From: Ginglymostoma cirratum
Lineage: Eukaryota
Length of the DNA: 64,000 nt
Assembly: GCA_024137785.1 (NCBI GenBank)
Contig: JAHRHZ010000023.1
Coordinates: 37,030,362-37,094,361, forward strand
Reading direction: 5' to 3'
The notes under the pieces: generated by a model
What the model saw: the letters and a program-made list of their open reading frames with translations, nothing else
Database searches by the model: none
What the model was told of the DNA's origin: nothing
Part shown: one piece after another, positions 38,901 to 52,584 of the stretch
How positions within the stretch are numbered: the stretch's first letter is position 1
How the letters are laid out: the number at the start of each line of letters is the position of its first letter
Program-made: the position numbers and the translations under genes

Positions 38901-41879
38901 TTTTTTCTCCCTATCCCTTCCTACCATTCTATGACCCTCATTTCCCATATTACTATTGTCCTCTCTTACCTTGTCTCTATAATGTGATATGCCACATCAA
39001 TCCACATTGAGATGAAAGGTTGTCTGCTGAGCTTGCGAAAATAATAAGCAGTCTCAGCGATACATGAATGGACATTTATCAACAATTGCTTCTGAGCAGC
39101 AGAGACATGGAAAAATGGATTTATGAGCAAGAACTGGAAGAATCTCTCTCTCAATCTCAACCTCAAGCCTCACAAAGAAGCAAGAGCATTGAAAATGCAT
39201 TGAAGCACCTCAGAGTGGAGCATGATGTGTAGAGACTAATTTTATATCTATTGAAGTTTCTGTAACTTCTAATCTGAAATGTTTTTGTCCTTGGTGCTGT
39301 GTTCCTGTCGTGGAATGTGTTTGAAAATATTAAGTCTATAACGATCATAATGAGTGGAATATGCGTGTTGAATTAAATTACAAATTACATAAAAATTTAA
39401 ATTGAAATATATTTTTACAAATTTATGAATATAATATATTTTCAGAAGAAAAGAGATTCTCTCAACTTAAAGCTCAAAAATTGCTCACTGCAAAAGCAAC
39501 TTGAAACAGCAATCCTTCACTGAATTGCCAAAGATATCTGTAAGATTCACCCCTCAGGAGCAAATACAGCAACAGCTCAACCACTGGGACTCAGTCTCGC
39601 TCTTGCGACTCAAATACTCCAAGAAAGCTTTCCTCCCTATCTGTACCAGTTACTCCTCCTCACTTCCATTTACCTGTGTCAGTGTGTCATCATATTTTTT
39701 GAGTAATAAACCTCCACTTTCTCTCACTTGAGAAAACTTTGGAGTTTGACATCCTTAATTTTTGCTCTGGTTAACAAAATTTATTTGAAATGTGATAGCT
39801 ATATGCTAAAAAGGAAAACAAAATTATGATTTTTTTGAAACTGACTGAAAGGGGATTGAAAAAAAAACAGATGAGCCATTACCCCATCTCATCTGGTTGC
39901 GACACAAGTGAAATAAAAATTGTATTTTTGTAGTACAAGAAAATATCTTCACTAGAAAGAGAAAATTGAAGGGAAGAGCAATGAATAAAAATAACGGCAA
40001 AGAAACTAATCATAAGATTCAGCTTTTTAATGTGCTAAAAGTGGGACAATCTGACAAATTGAGTAGATATATGTACAGGGAATCAAAACTGATTTGAAAC
40101 TGATCTTGCTTGCCTTTCTATAGAATTTAGACAGTGTTTCTGGGGTCCCAGAATAATGGAAGCTCTGAAACAATATATTGTACTAGGTCACCCTGCTGGC
40201 CATTTCCTGTGTGTCCCATGTTTAAAACATACTCCATAAGCTCAACCTGCACAGGTCCAATAAATGCATGTACTGACACTCTCAACAAAACAAGTATTAA
40301 GCCACAAAAACAATCCCATTGTTGAGGTGCTTTTGATTTACTTCTTTCGAACTGACAAAGTTTGTGCAAATGCAGCGGTTTGGTTTTGGAGGCTTTGTGG
40401 TTAGCTGCTGCATGTATTTGGAAAAATCAGATGATCTGCTGTCCCATCTCTGCCTGACTTAGGGATCATAGTGCTTTTGGGTCTGCTACATGATCAGGAA
40501 ATAGTGAAGAAGCTCCACAGGCAGGAAAATCTGTGAGAATTACATCCAGCATGAACTTTTTGAAAGCTTCCACCTAACCTGGGAGCAGCACCTGTTGTGA
40601 CAGAATGTTCATGACTTCCACCAGAACTGTGTTACACAACCTAAAAACTTGCATGCAAATCCATCCTTTCAGACAATAGCTGCAACATATCTAGAATGTC
40701 CCAGTTTACCATCCTTTAATGAATTTGGGAGGTGACTGAGGTCATCTGTACCATAAGCTATATCTACCTCAGCAGAGAGAAGCAGGATGAAAGGACATTT
40801 GTTTGTCAGGCTACTGGAATCCCAATGGTGTAGATCATCATCAACAACACATACATGATTCTACAGTCCTCCTAGTATACCAGCAGACGTACAGGACCTC
40901 AAGGGCTACCATTTAATTAATTAACCACGTGGTCTGCAGCCATTCATAGTACAGTATATTGGTGAATGTCCACTATCCTTGCAGAAGCCAAGACGTTGCC
41001 AGTCCTATTGTCTTGATGTCTTTACTGATGTGTTTTCTACCAGAAAATGACTGTTTGGGAGAAAAGTCAAATGACTCACGTTCACCATCCAACTATAAGA
41101 TTCTTGAGACTTAGGGATAGCTATTGGCAAACCAAAATATAGAAAGTGTATGAACCACAACGATGGTTGTCTTTATTCAAAGGGCTTTTCCATGCCTCAA
41201 CTGCAGCTGTATCTAATGGTGTTATTCTTAATGGCAACTTTAAATGAACACTATATATATAAAATAGAAATTGTCTTTCAAAATACTACAACACAATATG
41301 ATGACGTAAAATAAAATACAGGGAAAGCGTGAAACAGATCCCTGGATTGAAGCAAAGTTTCTGATGTGTGGATCACTTAAGGAAGCCGTTCAGTTTGTGC
41401 TTGAGTTGGTATCCTGTTTCAAGGTGGTTTGCTGTTTGCCTCCAGGAATCCAGCGGTCACCTTGGGAGGAGAAAGAGTAGGAAGCAGGCAGGAGGCAACC
41501 TGGACCTCTTCAGGCAGGCTGAGAAAAATCCTCTGCTCAAACTCCAGTTTCCATAGGACAAATTCTCTTGATTGTGACTCTCCATAATAGCACACTTCTG
41601 AGGCACACACAGCAACAAACCCCCTTTGTTAAAATCCCACAACAAATATCAGCAACAAGCTTCTGTAAGTTGGTGATTGTGGTACATTGTGTTTCAGTGA
41701 TATGCCTGCCATAGCTTAATAGCTACAAGTATGTGGAGATAGCAAGAAATGAGATTGGCATCATGTGTGGCTGAGGTGGAATATCGGAATGTTTAGTGCG
41801 AATGCTGATTGCCAGAGAGTGCTGCTGGATGAGTGATGAGAATGTGACAGTGTGAGACGTGATGGTGAGGTAGGTATGG

Positions 41880-42160
41880 GATGCCATCTGCTGATACATT
41901 CACTGACCTTGATGATCTGCGTGAAGTCATGAAACATCTTCTGATACTGCTTCCATGTTGTTGGTGGCAGATTTCAAAAGTTGACCTCACTGGCCATCTG
42001 TTCCTGTACCCTTTGAAAGATGGCCCATGAAGGCATTCTGGGCACTCCATAGTCCCTGACAGAAGCATGGTATCCATCATCGTATTCGCCTTCTTGACCA
42101 ATACTTCCATGACCATACCAGTGAACTGCAGGGACTTGTGTTTTCCCCGGCCCTCCATTT
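41880..42160 (-). mobile_element. Probable Harbinger-like Myb/SANT remnant
   Basis: KSLQFTGMVMEVLVKK, then after frameshifts MASEVN and KMFHDFT, resembling the MSANTD pattern. Confidence 0.4.
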
Positions 42161-42484
42161 CCCTCCCTTTATAGCACTTACAGCCAGCAGCAGCCTCCTT
42201 TGGTGCGGTGCTATTTCCATTCAAGAGGGACTGACTGCCTTTAAGTGTTGGAGGCTAGCTGCAGCGCACGCATGCTGCTAGCCCCTTATTATGTCTGCAG
42301 CTAGCTGGTAGGATAAGTTGTGCTGCACCGTGCATGCAATTCATAGAGTTGAGGAGGTCCTGTCTCAACAGGAACAGGTATATAGCAGATCATGGTTCAA
42401 AACCCATTACTTTAAAATAGCCCTCATCAAAATTTTCTCCCTTAAGTTTTAGAAATGTAATTGCACAAATTTGGAATACTTTGT

Positions 42485-42722
42485 ATCATAGAATCCCTAC
42501 AGTGTGGAAACAGGCTCTTTGGCCCAACAAGTTCACATCACCCCTCAGAGCATCCCACCCCACTATAACCCACCTAATCTACACATCCCTGAACACTACG
42601 GGCAATTTAGCATGGCCAATCCACTTAGCCTGCACATCTTTGGACTGTGGGAGGAAACCGGAGCGCCCGGAGGAAACCCATGCAGACACGGGGAGAATGT
42701 GCAAACTCTACACAGACATTTG
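42485..42722 (-). mobile_element. HE1-like V-SINE (5' truncated)
   Basis: V-domain in reverse complement: gagtttgcacattctccccgtgtctgcatgggtttcctccgggcgctccggtttcctcccacagtccaaagatgtg; CR1-type tail. Confidence 0.9.
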
Positions 42723-43059
42723 CCCAATTGCGGAATGTCTGATATATGAACTCTTAGATCAATTTTAATGTGTAAAGAAGAGTTGTACCATGATGCACAT
42801 GTTGAATTTAATCTACAGTTTAAGCATTAGGGAATTTGGTTTGTTTCGTGCATCAGATTAACATCCACTGCAATTGCTTCCCAGTATTTTCATGTAAATT
42901 AGTAGAGACTCAGGAGAAGGCTGAAGTAATAGTCAAATCATTTAAGGGAAAACGTATCTCACGTTCTATACAAAATACATACATGACTTTTCTATTGCTT
43001 TTTCTAGGCTGTTCTGTTTTTCACATTGTCTGATGTGATAATGGCCCTTGGTAAAAGAA

Positions 43060-43750
43060 GATTTAAGAATAGGTATAAAAAATGTTCTGCTATAATTATA
43101 TACAGAGTGGGTGATGCCACACTTTGAGTACTGTTTTGTTTGGCCTCCTTATCCAAGGTCAGATATACTTTCCCTTGAGGGAATGCAATGAAAATTCACC
43201 AGATTGATTCCTGGGATGGCAAGATCATCCTCTAAGGAAAGATTAAACATATTTGGGCCTATATTCTCTGCAGGTTAGAAGGAGAAGCAATGTCATTCAA
43301 AGGTCGAAAATTCTTACAGAGATGGATGGAGTAGATGCAGGAAGGATGTCTCCACTAGCATTTTGAAGATACAGGCTGATTGTTGGGGAATAGGACTGGT
43401 GGTGGTTTGGGGGTGGGTTTGGTGGGGGAAAGGAGGGGCTGTGATGAAGTAGTGGAGAACCAGGAGAGACAGCCTCAGAGTAAGGGACAGGCAATTTTGG
43501 ACTGACATGAGGAGAAATATCTTCAGTCCGAGGCTGGATAATCCTTGGAATTCTCTGTCCCAGAGAACAATGGAGGTTCAATTGCTTTGTTCAAGACTGT
43601 GATTGATAAGCTTCTACATATTGAAAGCACCAAGGAACACAGGGATGACGCAGGAAAATGGTATTGAAATATAAGATCACTGACAATCTTAACAAATGGG
43701 AGAGTAGGCTCAAAGGTCTGAATGGCCTACCCCTGCTCCTATTTCTTACA
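43060..43750 (+). mobile_element. CR1 LINE 3' remnant
   Basis: ttcaccagattgattcctgggatg (FTRLIPGM), aggagaaatatcttcagt, and 3' UTR gaatggcctacccctgctcctatttctta. Confidence 0.8.
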
Positions 43751-44974
43751 TTGCTATTATTTTCTAATTTATAACTTATTAATAATTTCTAATTATTTTC
43801 TAATTTCCAAATAATTATCAGGTGAATTACCCATGGGAGAGTCCTGCCCAAGTTCTCCAAATTCTAATCCCTTAAAAGTAAACTGACAAAATATTCCAGG
43901 TTAACATGTTCCTATAATTGCTAATAACTGCTGTGATTATCCAAACCAAGGTACATTCAGTGAGTCATTTTTCTGATGTTTGTCTTAGTTAAGAAATCAC
44001 ATTTTAAATGGTCAGGGTTGACCAGCTAACTGACATAGAGCGGTACATTTAAACAAGGTCCCAAAGAAAGATGTGCAAAAGTGTAATCCATTGTGTCAGA
44101 TAGCGTCTCCTATTTATACATTTAGTGAATCTGGCATATACTTTGTCATTTTGGTGATCTATTTAGGAAGCATGTCATTGTCTAAAATGAGGTTGGTGCT
44201 GTCAAGGGAGATGCTTGCATTTAATCTCTCTGAAAATGAAAAGCTTTCATTGTACAGTTCAGAGAATCAATTGTTGGTAATAAAAACATGTCTTCCTGCC
44301 CTCAAATCTAACTGATTCAATATAGTTGTTTTTGTTTTATTAACTGAATACATAACTGTTTTAATATTTATCCTGTTCAGTGTTGAACTCAGCCAAATCA
44401 AGCTGTCAGGTTTTATTTTGGCTTTGGTCAAAAATTAACTGAATATAATGTCAGCTCTATTAAATGTTCTGCACTAAAATGGATTAAACTTTGAACTGAC
44501 TCTTAAATAGTTTTTACTTCTCTGTGCATTGACAAAATATTTATTTTCAACCTATTGCTACCTGAGGTCTTAAAAATCTTCGTATGACTGTTGCCTGTTT
44601 TGTTGGAAGATACGTTCTCTATTTTTATCAATAGTTGTCATTTCGAGTTGCTGATTTCCCTTCTCCTGCTTTTTAAACATTTATTCCTATGTCTCTGCAT
44701 TTTTTCTCTATCTCTTGTCCTTTTCTGTTTAAGGTATTATTTACTTTCTTGCCCTAAAAACACTAGTTTCTCCATTTTGCATCTCTAGCTCAGCGGTGGG
44801 AAGCAGTCGAGAGGATGGCTGAGGAAATGAAGAACTTTTTGGCAAAAGCCAAACTGAATTCTGGGAGGTGACAGAGATGAGGTTGGGAAAGAGTGAGGTC
44901 TAAAGCAGAAAGCCAGGGCTCGGTGGATAAGGCACATGCCGCAATAGAGGCTAGAGGGTTAAAAAGCAGGTTAA

Positions 44975-45178
44975 TACAAAAGCAAAATATTATGGTTACT
45001 GGAAATCTGAAATAAAAATGTAAAATGCTGGAAATGCTCAGCAGCTTTGAGAGGGAGAAACAGAGTTAACTTTTCAGACTGATGAATTTGTTAAAAGTAG
45101 TTGACCTGAAACTTTAACTCTGTTTCTCACTTCACAGACACTCCTGTGTATTTTCAGTATTTTTCATTTTTATTTAAG
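44975..45178. mobile_element. Old Penelope-associated hairpin repeat (family B-like)
   Basis: aaataaaaatgtaaaatgctggaaat...gagaaacagagttaa is mirrored by ttaactctgtttctc...ttcagtatttttcatttttattt. Confidence 0.6.
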
Positions 45179-46404
45179 AACTGATTAATAGTTGACAGAG
45201 GACGCGAGGGGTTACCAAACAGCTTAGCAAATGGATGGACACAGTGCTGCCTAGCTTTAAAAGGACTGGAAAAGAAATGTTCTTGTAAATATACATTACA
45301 GTTTAATACTAACTCATCGATGTGGCACTTATGTTTCGTGGAAGAGCACAGCATGATCTGAGATAGTGCATATTATACGGATGTGTGTGAGGGAGAGATA
45401 AATAAACTGATTATCACAATATAGACAGTGCCACAGAATTATGGCTCTCAATACCACAGCTCTTTTCAAAAGGAAACCATACCGGCTCAATGTTGTTTGT
45501 GTGCAGGTTTCATTTCTCTTAAAATTTAATAAAACTTTGGAAGCGAGATAATTCCTTATATGGAAACATCCATTTATTCATCTATGCGTTTCACTCCTTC
45601 TGAGTTAGAATTACTACAATCAAACATGTCTAATTTTGTTTATCCATTCAACTTTTTTGTCACCATGAAGCTTAAAATAATAAATACCAGGTTAACATTG
45701 GAAAAGGAATGTGTGAGCAGGTGTAAGCCACTTAGTCCCACAAGCCTGTTCTATCATTGAATGAGATCATGACTGTTGAGGTTTTGTGTTTACTTATACA
45801 AATTTACCACTCACACACCAGGACTGGTAAATGGACATGAGCTTTGGTTATTTGAAGATGAGATACAGGATTGCTCAGCAACTACTGTTATAGGAAAGTA
45901 CAGCTACATTGATCACACAATGGCTGCAAGCTGTACTGACAAAGGTGTATTTTCTATATCTTCATTATTTTCCTCATTTGCATGGCCCCTTTTAAAGTAG
46001 TATCACAAGAGTGGCTAATCTATGATCTAACTCCACTTCCCCTTTTTCATCCCTCATTCTTAGATAGCTCTGATTGACAAGCACCTATCAACCTCAGTTT
46101 GAAGATTAAAAACGTATCTAGTATTGATTACTCCTTGAAGTTGAGGTTTCCAATCTTTGACCACCTTTCAAGTAAATAAGTATTTCCACCTTTCACATCC
46201 AAAAGATCTGGCTCTGATGTTTAAATGATGAAATCATATCCTTGATTCTCTAAAGACTGAATAGAGTTCTCTTGATCTAACCTGTCTGTTCAACTTAGTA
46301 TCTTGAAAGCTTCACTTGCATCACTTATTAACCTCATAAACTCTGGTGAATGAAAAGCTGTTTGTTTAATCTCCCCTCATACTTTAACCCTGGAGTTCAG
46401 CTAT

Positions 46405-46709
46405 CATAGAAGTATAGAATCCCTACAGTATAGAAACAGGACATTCAGCTCAATAAGCCCACACCGACCCTCCAAAGACTGTCCCACCTAGACTCATCCC
46501 CCTACCCTGTCCCTGCATTTCCAATGGCTAATGCACCTAACCTACACATCTTTGGGCTGTGGGAGGAAACCAGAGCACATGGCAGAAACCTACACAGACA
46601 CAGGGAGATCGTGCAAACTGCACACAGACAGTCACCCGAGTTTGAAATCAAACCTGGGTCCCTGACTCTGTGAGGCAGCAGTGCTAATCACTGAGCCACC
46701 CTACCGCCC
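46405..46709 (-). mobile_element. HE1-like V-SINE, full length, inserted in a CR1 remnant
   Basis: tRNA head (ggtggctcagtgattagcactgctgcctcacag...ccaggtttgatttc on minus), V-domain and CR1 tail. Confidence 0.9.
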
Positions 46710-46782
46710 ATTTTGGTAAATATATATATTTTAAATATTTTAATATTTAATATGCTGCACTCCTTCCAAAGGTAATAGATCT

Positions 46783-47080
46783 GAGATGGTGGTATAGTGG
46801 TAATATGACTGAACTGGTAATCCAGGATAATGCTCTGGGGATGTGGTTTCAATTCTAACCATGGCAGTTGGGCAATTTTGGATTCAAATAATTAGTCTAG
46901 AATATAAAGCTGGTCTTCGTAATGGTGACATTATGACCATCTTGCTGGTTTACTAATGTCCTATTGGGAGGGAAATGTGCCATACTTACCTATCTGGCCT
47001 ACATGTGACTCCAGACCTACACTGAAATGCTGCAGTTAGGGCTTGGCAATAAATTATGGCCTTGCCAGTGACACCCACTT
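46783..47080 (+). mobile_element. tRNA-derived SINE (diverged)
   Basis: Colinear with 63297-63648. Confidence 0.75.
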
Positions 47081-47302
47081 GATCTGATCAGAGTTGAAGC
47101 TTAGCTTCTATCCTCAGGCATTCTACTCATTGAGTTTATTGATTTTCATACCTTTTTGACCATAGGCCACCTTAGTTGGAACAAAAGACCACCTGTATAT
47201 CCTACACCACCCCCACTTCTGCCACTACAATACATTTCAATGACAAGAATGGTTTGGCTTTTGATAAACATCAATGAGTAGCTCCAACATGGAGAGGTTC
47301 AG

Positions 47303-47750
47303 TCATAGAGTCATAGAGATACACAGCATGGAAACAGACATTTTGGTCCAACTTGTCCATGCTGACCAGATATCCTAAATTGATCTAGTCCCATTTGCCA
47401 GCATTTGGCCCATATCCCTCTACCATTCCCATTCATGTACCCATCCACATACCTTCTAGATGCTATAACTGTACTTCCATCACTTCCTCTGGCAGCTCAC
47501 TCCATACGTGCACCAACCTCTGTGTGAAAAGATTGCCTCTTAGGTCCTTTTTAAATCTTTCTCCACTCACCTGAAACCTATGCCCCTCTATTTTTGGACT
47601 CCCCCCATTCCAGGGAAAAGACCTTGCCTATTTACCCTGTCCGTGCCCCTCATGATTTTAAAGACCTCTATAAGATCACCCCTCAGCCTCCGACACTCCA
47701 GGGAAAACAGCCCCAAACTATTCAGGCTCTCCCCATAGCTCAAACCCCCC
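47303..47750 (-). mobile_element. CR1 LINE 3' end
   Basis: Reverse complement of ~51850-52295; tail repeat (tcatagag)n. Confidence 0.9.
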
Positions 47751-48526
47751 AACTTCTTTAAGAGCAGCTATTCATCGCCTGAAGAAAATGTGCATTTAAT
47801 CAATTAACACAGAAATGACAAAAGGCATTCGTTTCTTCAATCATTTGTATCAATTCCAAGAGAATTGTCCTGAAAATTTCTGTTAGTACCTCAATACCAG
47901 TTCATGCAAATTTCCTGAAATTCCCTGTAAAGGATTAGGCAGTGTGGGTCTACATCTATCAGTTAAGGTGCATTGTGGCTCAAAGGCACGCAATATTGGC
48001 TTAAGTGAGAGTTTGTGTTTTTAAGAATTTAATAGCAATTTTCACATTTCAAAAATTAACTTTTCCTACATTCTTAACAATGGTGCTGTCACTATAAATG
48101 TAGCAGTGACTTTTCATTCCCCACCCCAACTCCATACATCCAGAAGGCACATGGTAGACGTGTTATGGCGAGCTTCACGTTTCAGTGGTTCCTCTTTCTT
48201 TGTTTTCAGCCTGATGTGTTGAAGATCCCGTCTCATGGTCGTGCGATTTTTACAGTAAGATGAAGCTTTGCTTATAAACCTGTTCTGTTGTTGCTTGCAC
48301 ATATTGCAACTCATTCCACCAGCATAGTAACTGTCTGGTTGGGTAGCATCGTTTGAGTGGTGAAGATAAGGATTTGGCCTGTTCTATATCATAAGGCCAT
48401 GCCTGAGGCCATATCAGTGACTCGAATGTAAACATACCCGTGGAACATCTGGAGGACCCTTGCAGACAGTATTTTATGAACCAATGCTCCAGACAGGATG
48501 AGTAACAGAGAGCGTTGAAATGAAAA

Positions 48527-48707
48527 CAGAAAACGAGAGATAGCAAGAACTGCAGGTGCTGGAGAATCTGAGGTAACAAGGTGTAGAGCTGGATGAACAC
48601 AGCAGGCCTAGAAGGCTCGAAACGTCAGCCTTCCTGCTCCTCTGATGCTGCTTGGCCTGTTGTGTTCATCTAGCTCTACACCTTGTTATCTCAGAAAATG
48701 AGAGATA
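48527..48707. mobile_element. Penelope family A short hairpin insertion with ~16-bp TSD
   Basis: ctgaggtaacaaggtgtagagctggatgaacacagcaggcc is mirrored by ggcctgttgtgttcatctagctctacaccttgttatctcag. CAGAAAAYGAGAGATA at 48527-48542 and 48692-48707. Confidence 0.85.
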
Positions 48708-49799
48708 TTCAGCAGTCCCGCTGTATGTGTGGGAAACAGAGTCAATGGACTAAATACTGCATCTTTTGGGCTGAGTCTCAATTACATCAAGGTTTTTGGA
48801 GGGATTTCAGCTTGAAGCTGTCTGCATTTTCTTCCTGTATCTCACTAAATTCGCCTCATAACAACTGACCCTAATGGTGCTCCTCATGTCTGATTTCAGT
48901 CTCATGTTACCACATGCCATTCCCAAAATAACTAATGACTCAGTGAATATCCCAGAATTACCAGCAATTCTAGCACGCATGCCACCTTTAAAAACCCACT
49001 GTGTCCCAGACAAATACTGTGCGTATGTAACTTCTGACATTTGCACAGAGAAGGCAGAGAGTGGGAAATTGGCTTCCTGCAGTGCAGGCCTGGAGATCTG
49101 GGGTTCTGCTGAATGGTTGGTTGAGAGAGGGGCTTCCTCTTCCTCTTCCTCTGGGAACAGCAGTGCCGGCATGGCACAAAACCATTTCAGCTTGGTCCAA
49201 AGTTGCCAGTCAGGGCAGTACAGTCTCAGCTGTCTAGTGGAATGTCCTTGTTCTAGTTGTTGGTATATCTTGAGGTGCAGCACTGAAGTGTAGAAGCATC
49301 CTGTACGTGTATGTACCATTGGCTGGAATATGTTGGATGCCAATGGCTATGGATATGGGGTGCATTTGGCAGATGCCCATGGAGCAAGCCCTGAGATATT
49401 AGCACCTTGTATTCACCGTGGCGTTCATTCAGAGCAAGTGACGAGCTGAATGTGCAAGGTACCCACTAAGGTTTTCTTGTCGAGTTTGCTCGATTTTGAG
49501 CTTATTTGATGATTGGAAGCTGAATATTAATGAGGTTGGTTGTCCCATCCACAGAGTAGTTAACAAATAACAATTGCCCTTAAATGGCATCTCACTGCTG
49601 CCTGGTGAGAAATTCATGCTTGTTGTGAAAAGCATAAAAGATGGAGCGACATGCTGCCAACATCAAGATGGATCTTTCCAGATGGACCTTCTTGTCCAAT
49701 TCTGCCACAAATCTCAACATAACCCATATCACTATTTTGCTTCCAATCTCCAGCATCCACAGGATTGTGCTTTTACTGTAACGGAGGAGGTTGAGCTGA

Positions 49800-50410
49800 T
49801 AAAGTAAGATAAGATTGATTTCATGAAGTGACAATGAAGTAATGAAACAATTGATGTTGTTTATTTGAGTTTTAAGAAAGCATTTGACAAAGTACTGCGT
49901 AAAAGGCTGGTTAATATAATTGTGACTCATGGAAAAGGGTCAGTGTCAGTTTAGACAAACTACTGAGTTAAAGGATAGAAAACAGCAAGTCATGGTAAAC
50001 AGTCATTTTTCAGAATGGAGGAAGGTAGACAGTGTTGTTCCCCAAGAGAATGTTGATATATTTTGATGCAATGGTGATGTATATTAGTGACTTGGATATT
50101 GGAATATAGAGTAATGTTTCAACATAGTTAATGACACCAAATCTGGAGGAGTGGCAAAGAGTAATGATGATACAAATTCATTGCAAAAACCATAGATGGG
50201 TGAGCATAATGGACAGACTAGTAATTTAATACATAAAAATATGAGGTGATGCATTTTTGCAAAAGGGACTGGGAAAGGCGACACAGAATTAATGGCAAAA
50301 TTCAAAGAGATTTGCAGGGACAGAGGGACCTGGACATGCATCAATCTATGACCGTGGCTGGAAGTATCGAGAGAGTGATTAGCAAAGCAGATATGATTGT
50401 GGGCTTCTCA
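49800..50410 (+). mobile_element. CR1 RT remnant
   Basis: KAFDKV, NDTKSGG and QRDLDM motifs. Confidence 0.75.
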
Positions 50411-51249
50411 GAGGTACTAGCCTGGATAGTCCCTCCTGAAGCAGATACACAGAGCCAGAAAATTCTGTATGTTTTCAGCAAGTGCCTCAGGAAAATGTTA
50501 CTCAATCTTCTTTCTTAGGGCAATTGTCGAATGGAGTTTGATCCATACCTCCGGATGTTAGTTGAAGGTGGCTCCAGAGGTGGCTGAATACTGATCAGAT
50601 TATTTGAAAGGCTGGCCTTGGTTCTCTGGAACCTTCTCCCAGTATTTTCTTAAACATTAGGCTGTTGTTGTCTAGACATAAACTCTCACAATCCTTCACA
50701 CAACCCATCCACTCCCTATGACCTTATATGTCAACTGATGTCGACTCATAATCTATCATCCACCCATGGCCCCTTATGGCTTCATGTTAACTTAGTGCCA
50801 ACTCGTGCACTCCAATCACCACTCTTTTCCTTTAAACGTTCCATGCCGACTCATCGAGTATCCATCGGGAACTTAGGATCCAAACTGAGATGAGATTAAA
50901 TAAAGTTCTGAATATCTATTACAGACTATTCAAAAATCACTTATTCATGTAAGCTCATTTAAACCCCCTCAACTAATTAATCCATAATAAAATAAAACAT
51001 TTGTATTCATAACCCCACATCAAAAATAGCTAATCTGTTAATGATGTCTTTGAATTCCCTCCCTAGTAAAAACAAAAGGCTGTGGAAAGCCCTCAAGCAG
51101 TTAATAATGCTACAAGGATCGCAGTTAAGGCTATGTCACCAAACAACTGCTAAAAAAGCTAAAATGGATATTTCTCAACTCAGACGCAGCTGGAAGCATT
51201 ACTTTTTCAATGTTTAAAGGGTTTTCCACTTGAATAATATACCGGTTGA

Positions 51250-52295
51250 TAGTGGTGCTTTTCAGACTGGAGACCTGTGACCAGTGGTGTGCTGCAAGGA
51301 TTGGTGCTGGACCCGCTGCTTTTTGTCATTTATATAAATGATTTGGATGTGAATAAAGGAGGTATGGCTAGTGAGTTTGCAGATGACACCAAAATAGGAG
51401 ATGTAGTGGACAGTGAAGAAGGTTGCCCCAGAGTACAATGGAACCTTAATCAGAAGGACTGATGGGCCAAGGAGTGGCAGATTGTGTTTAATTTAGATAA
51501 ATGTGAGGTGCTACATTTTGGTAAGGCAAATCAGGGCAGGACTTGTACACTTAATGATAGGGTCCTGGGGAGTGTTTCTAAGCAAAGAGACCTTGTAATG
51601 CAAGTTTATAGTTCCTTGAACATGGAATCGCAGATAGACAGGGTAGAGAAAATGTTGTTTAGTACCCTTGCTGTTATTGGTCAGTGTACTGAGTATAAGA
51701 GTTGGGAGGTCAGGTTGCGGCTGTACAGGACATTGGTTAGGCCACTTTTGGAATACTGCATTTAATTCTGGTCTCCCTGCTTTAGGAAAGATGTTGTGAA
51801 ACTTGAAAAGGTTTAGAAAAGTTTTACGAGGATATTGTGAGAGTCTTGGGTTTGAGCTATAGGGAGAGGCTGAATAGGCTGGGGCTATATTCCCTGGAGT
51901 GTTAGAGGCTGAGGGGCAACTTCATAAAGGTTTATAAAATCAGGAGGGGCATGGATAGGGTGAATAGTCAAGGTCTTTTCCCCAGGGTAGGGTAATATAA
52001 AACTAGATGGCGTAGGTTTAAGATGAGAGGGGAAAGATTTATAAGAGACCTAAGGGCAACTTTTTCATATAGATCGTGGTGCATGTATGGAATGAGCTGC
52101 CAGAGGAAGTGGTGGAGGCTGGTACAATTATAATATTTGAGTGGCATCTGGATGGACGTATGAACAGGAAGGGTTGAGAGTGATATGGGCCAAAAACTTG
52201 GAAATGGGACTAGATTAACTTGGGATATCTAGTCGGCATGGACGAGTTAGATTGAAGGGTCTGTTTCCATGCTGTAAATCTCTATGATTCTATGA
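51250..52295 (+). mobile_element. CR1 LINE 3' ~1 kb
   Basis: VTSGVLQGLVLDPLLFVIYINDLD, FADDTKIG, FNLDKCEVLHFG, LYRTLVRPLLEYC; tail tctatgattctatga. Confidence 0.95.
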
Positions 52296-52584
52296 CCGTA
52301 TTCATGAAAATTTACAGCTTCTGTAAAGATTTGTATTGCCCACACTCTGGGAAATGGTCAACGTCCCTGCAAAAACGTGATCTGTTTGAACGTTGCATTG
52401 GGCTCATATGGCCCTGTGAACTTTGAATTTCCCACATAGTGGTATCATATCCCCCACTGCTGGTGAAAATGGGATCTATCAGGAACAGGAGCAGAATGTC
52501 CAGGTTTGGAGTCTATCATTTTGGAGATCACACAACTCCAGTCCAATAAACCCTAAAGCAAGTAAACAGAGTCTTTCCAGAAGG

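Noticed and set aside
39400-41200. LTR-like and LINE-like decayed sequence
   Set aside because: Too degenerate to assign family or boundaries without a search.
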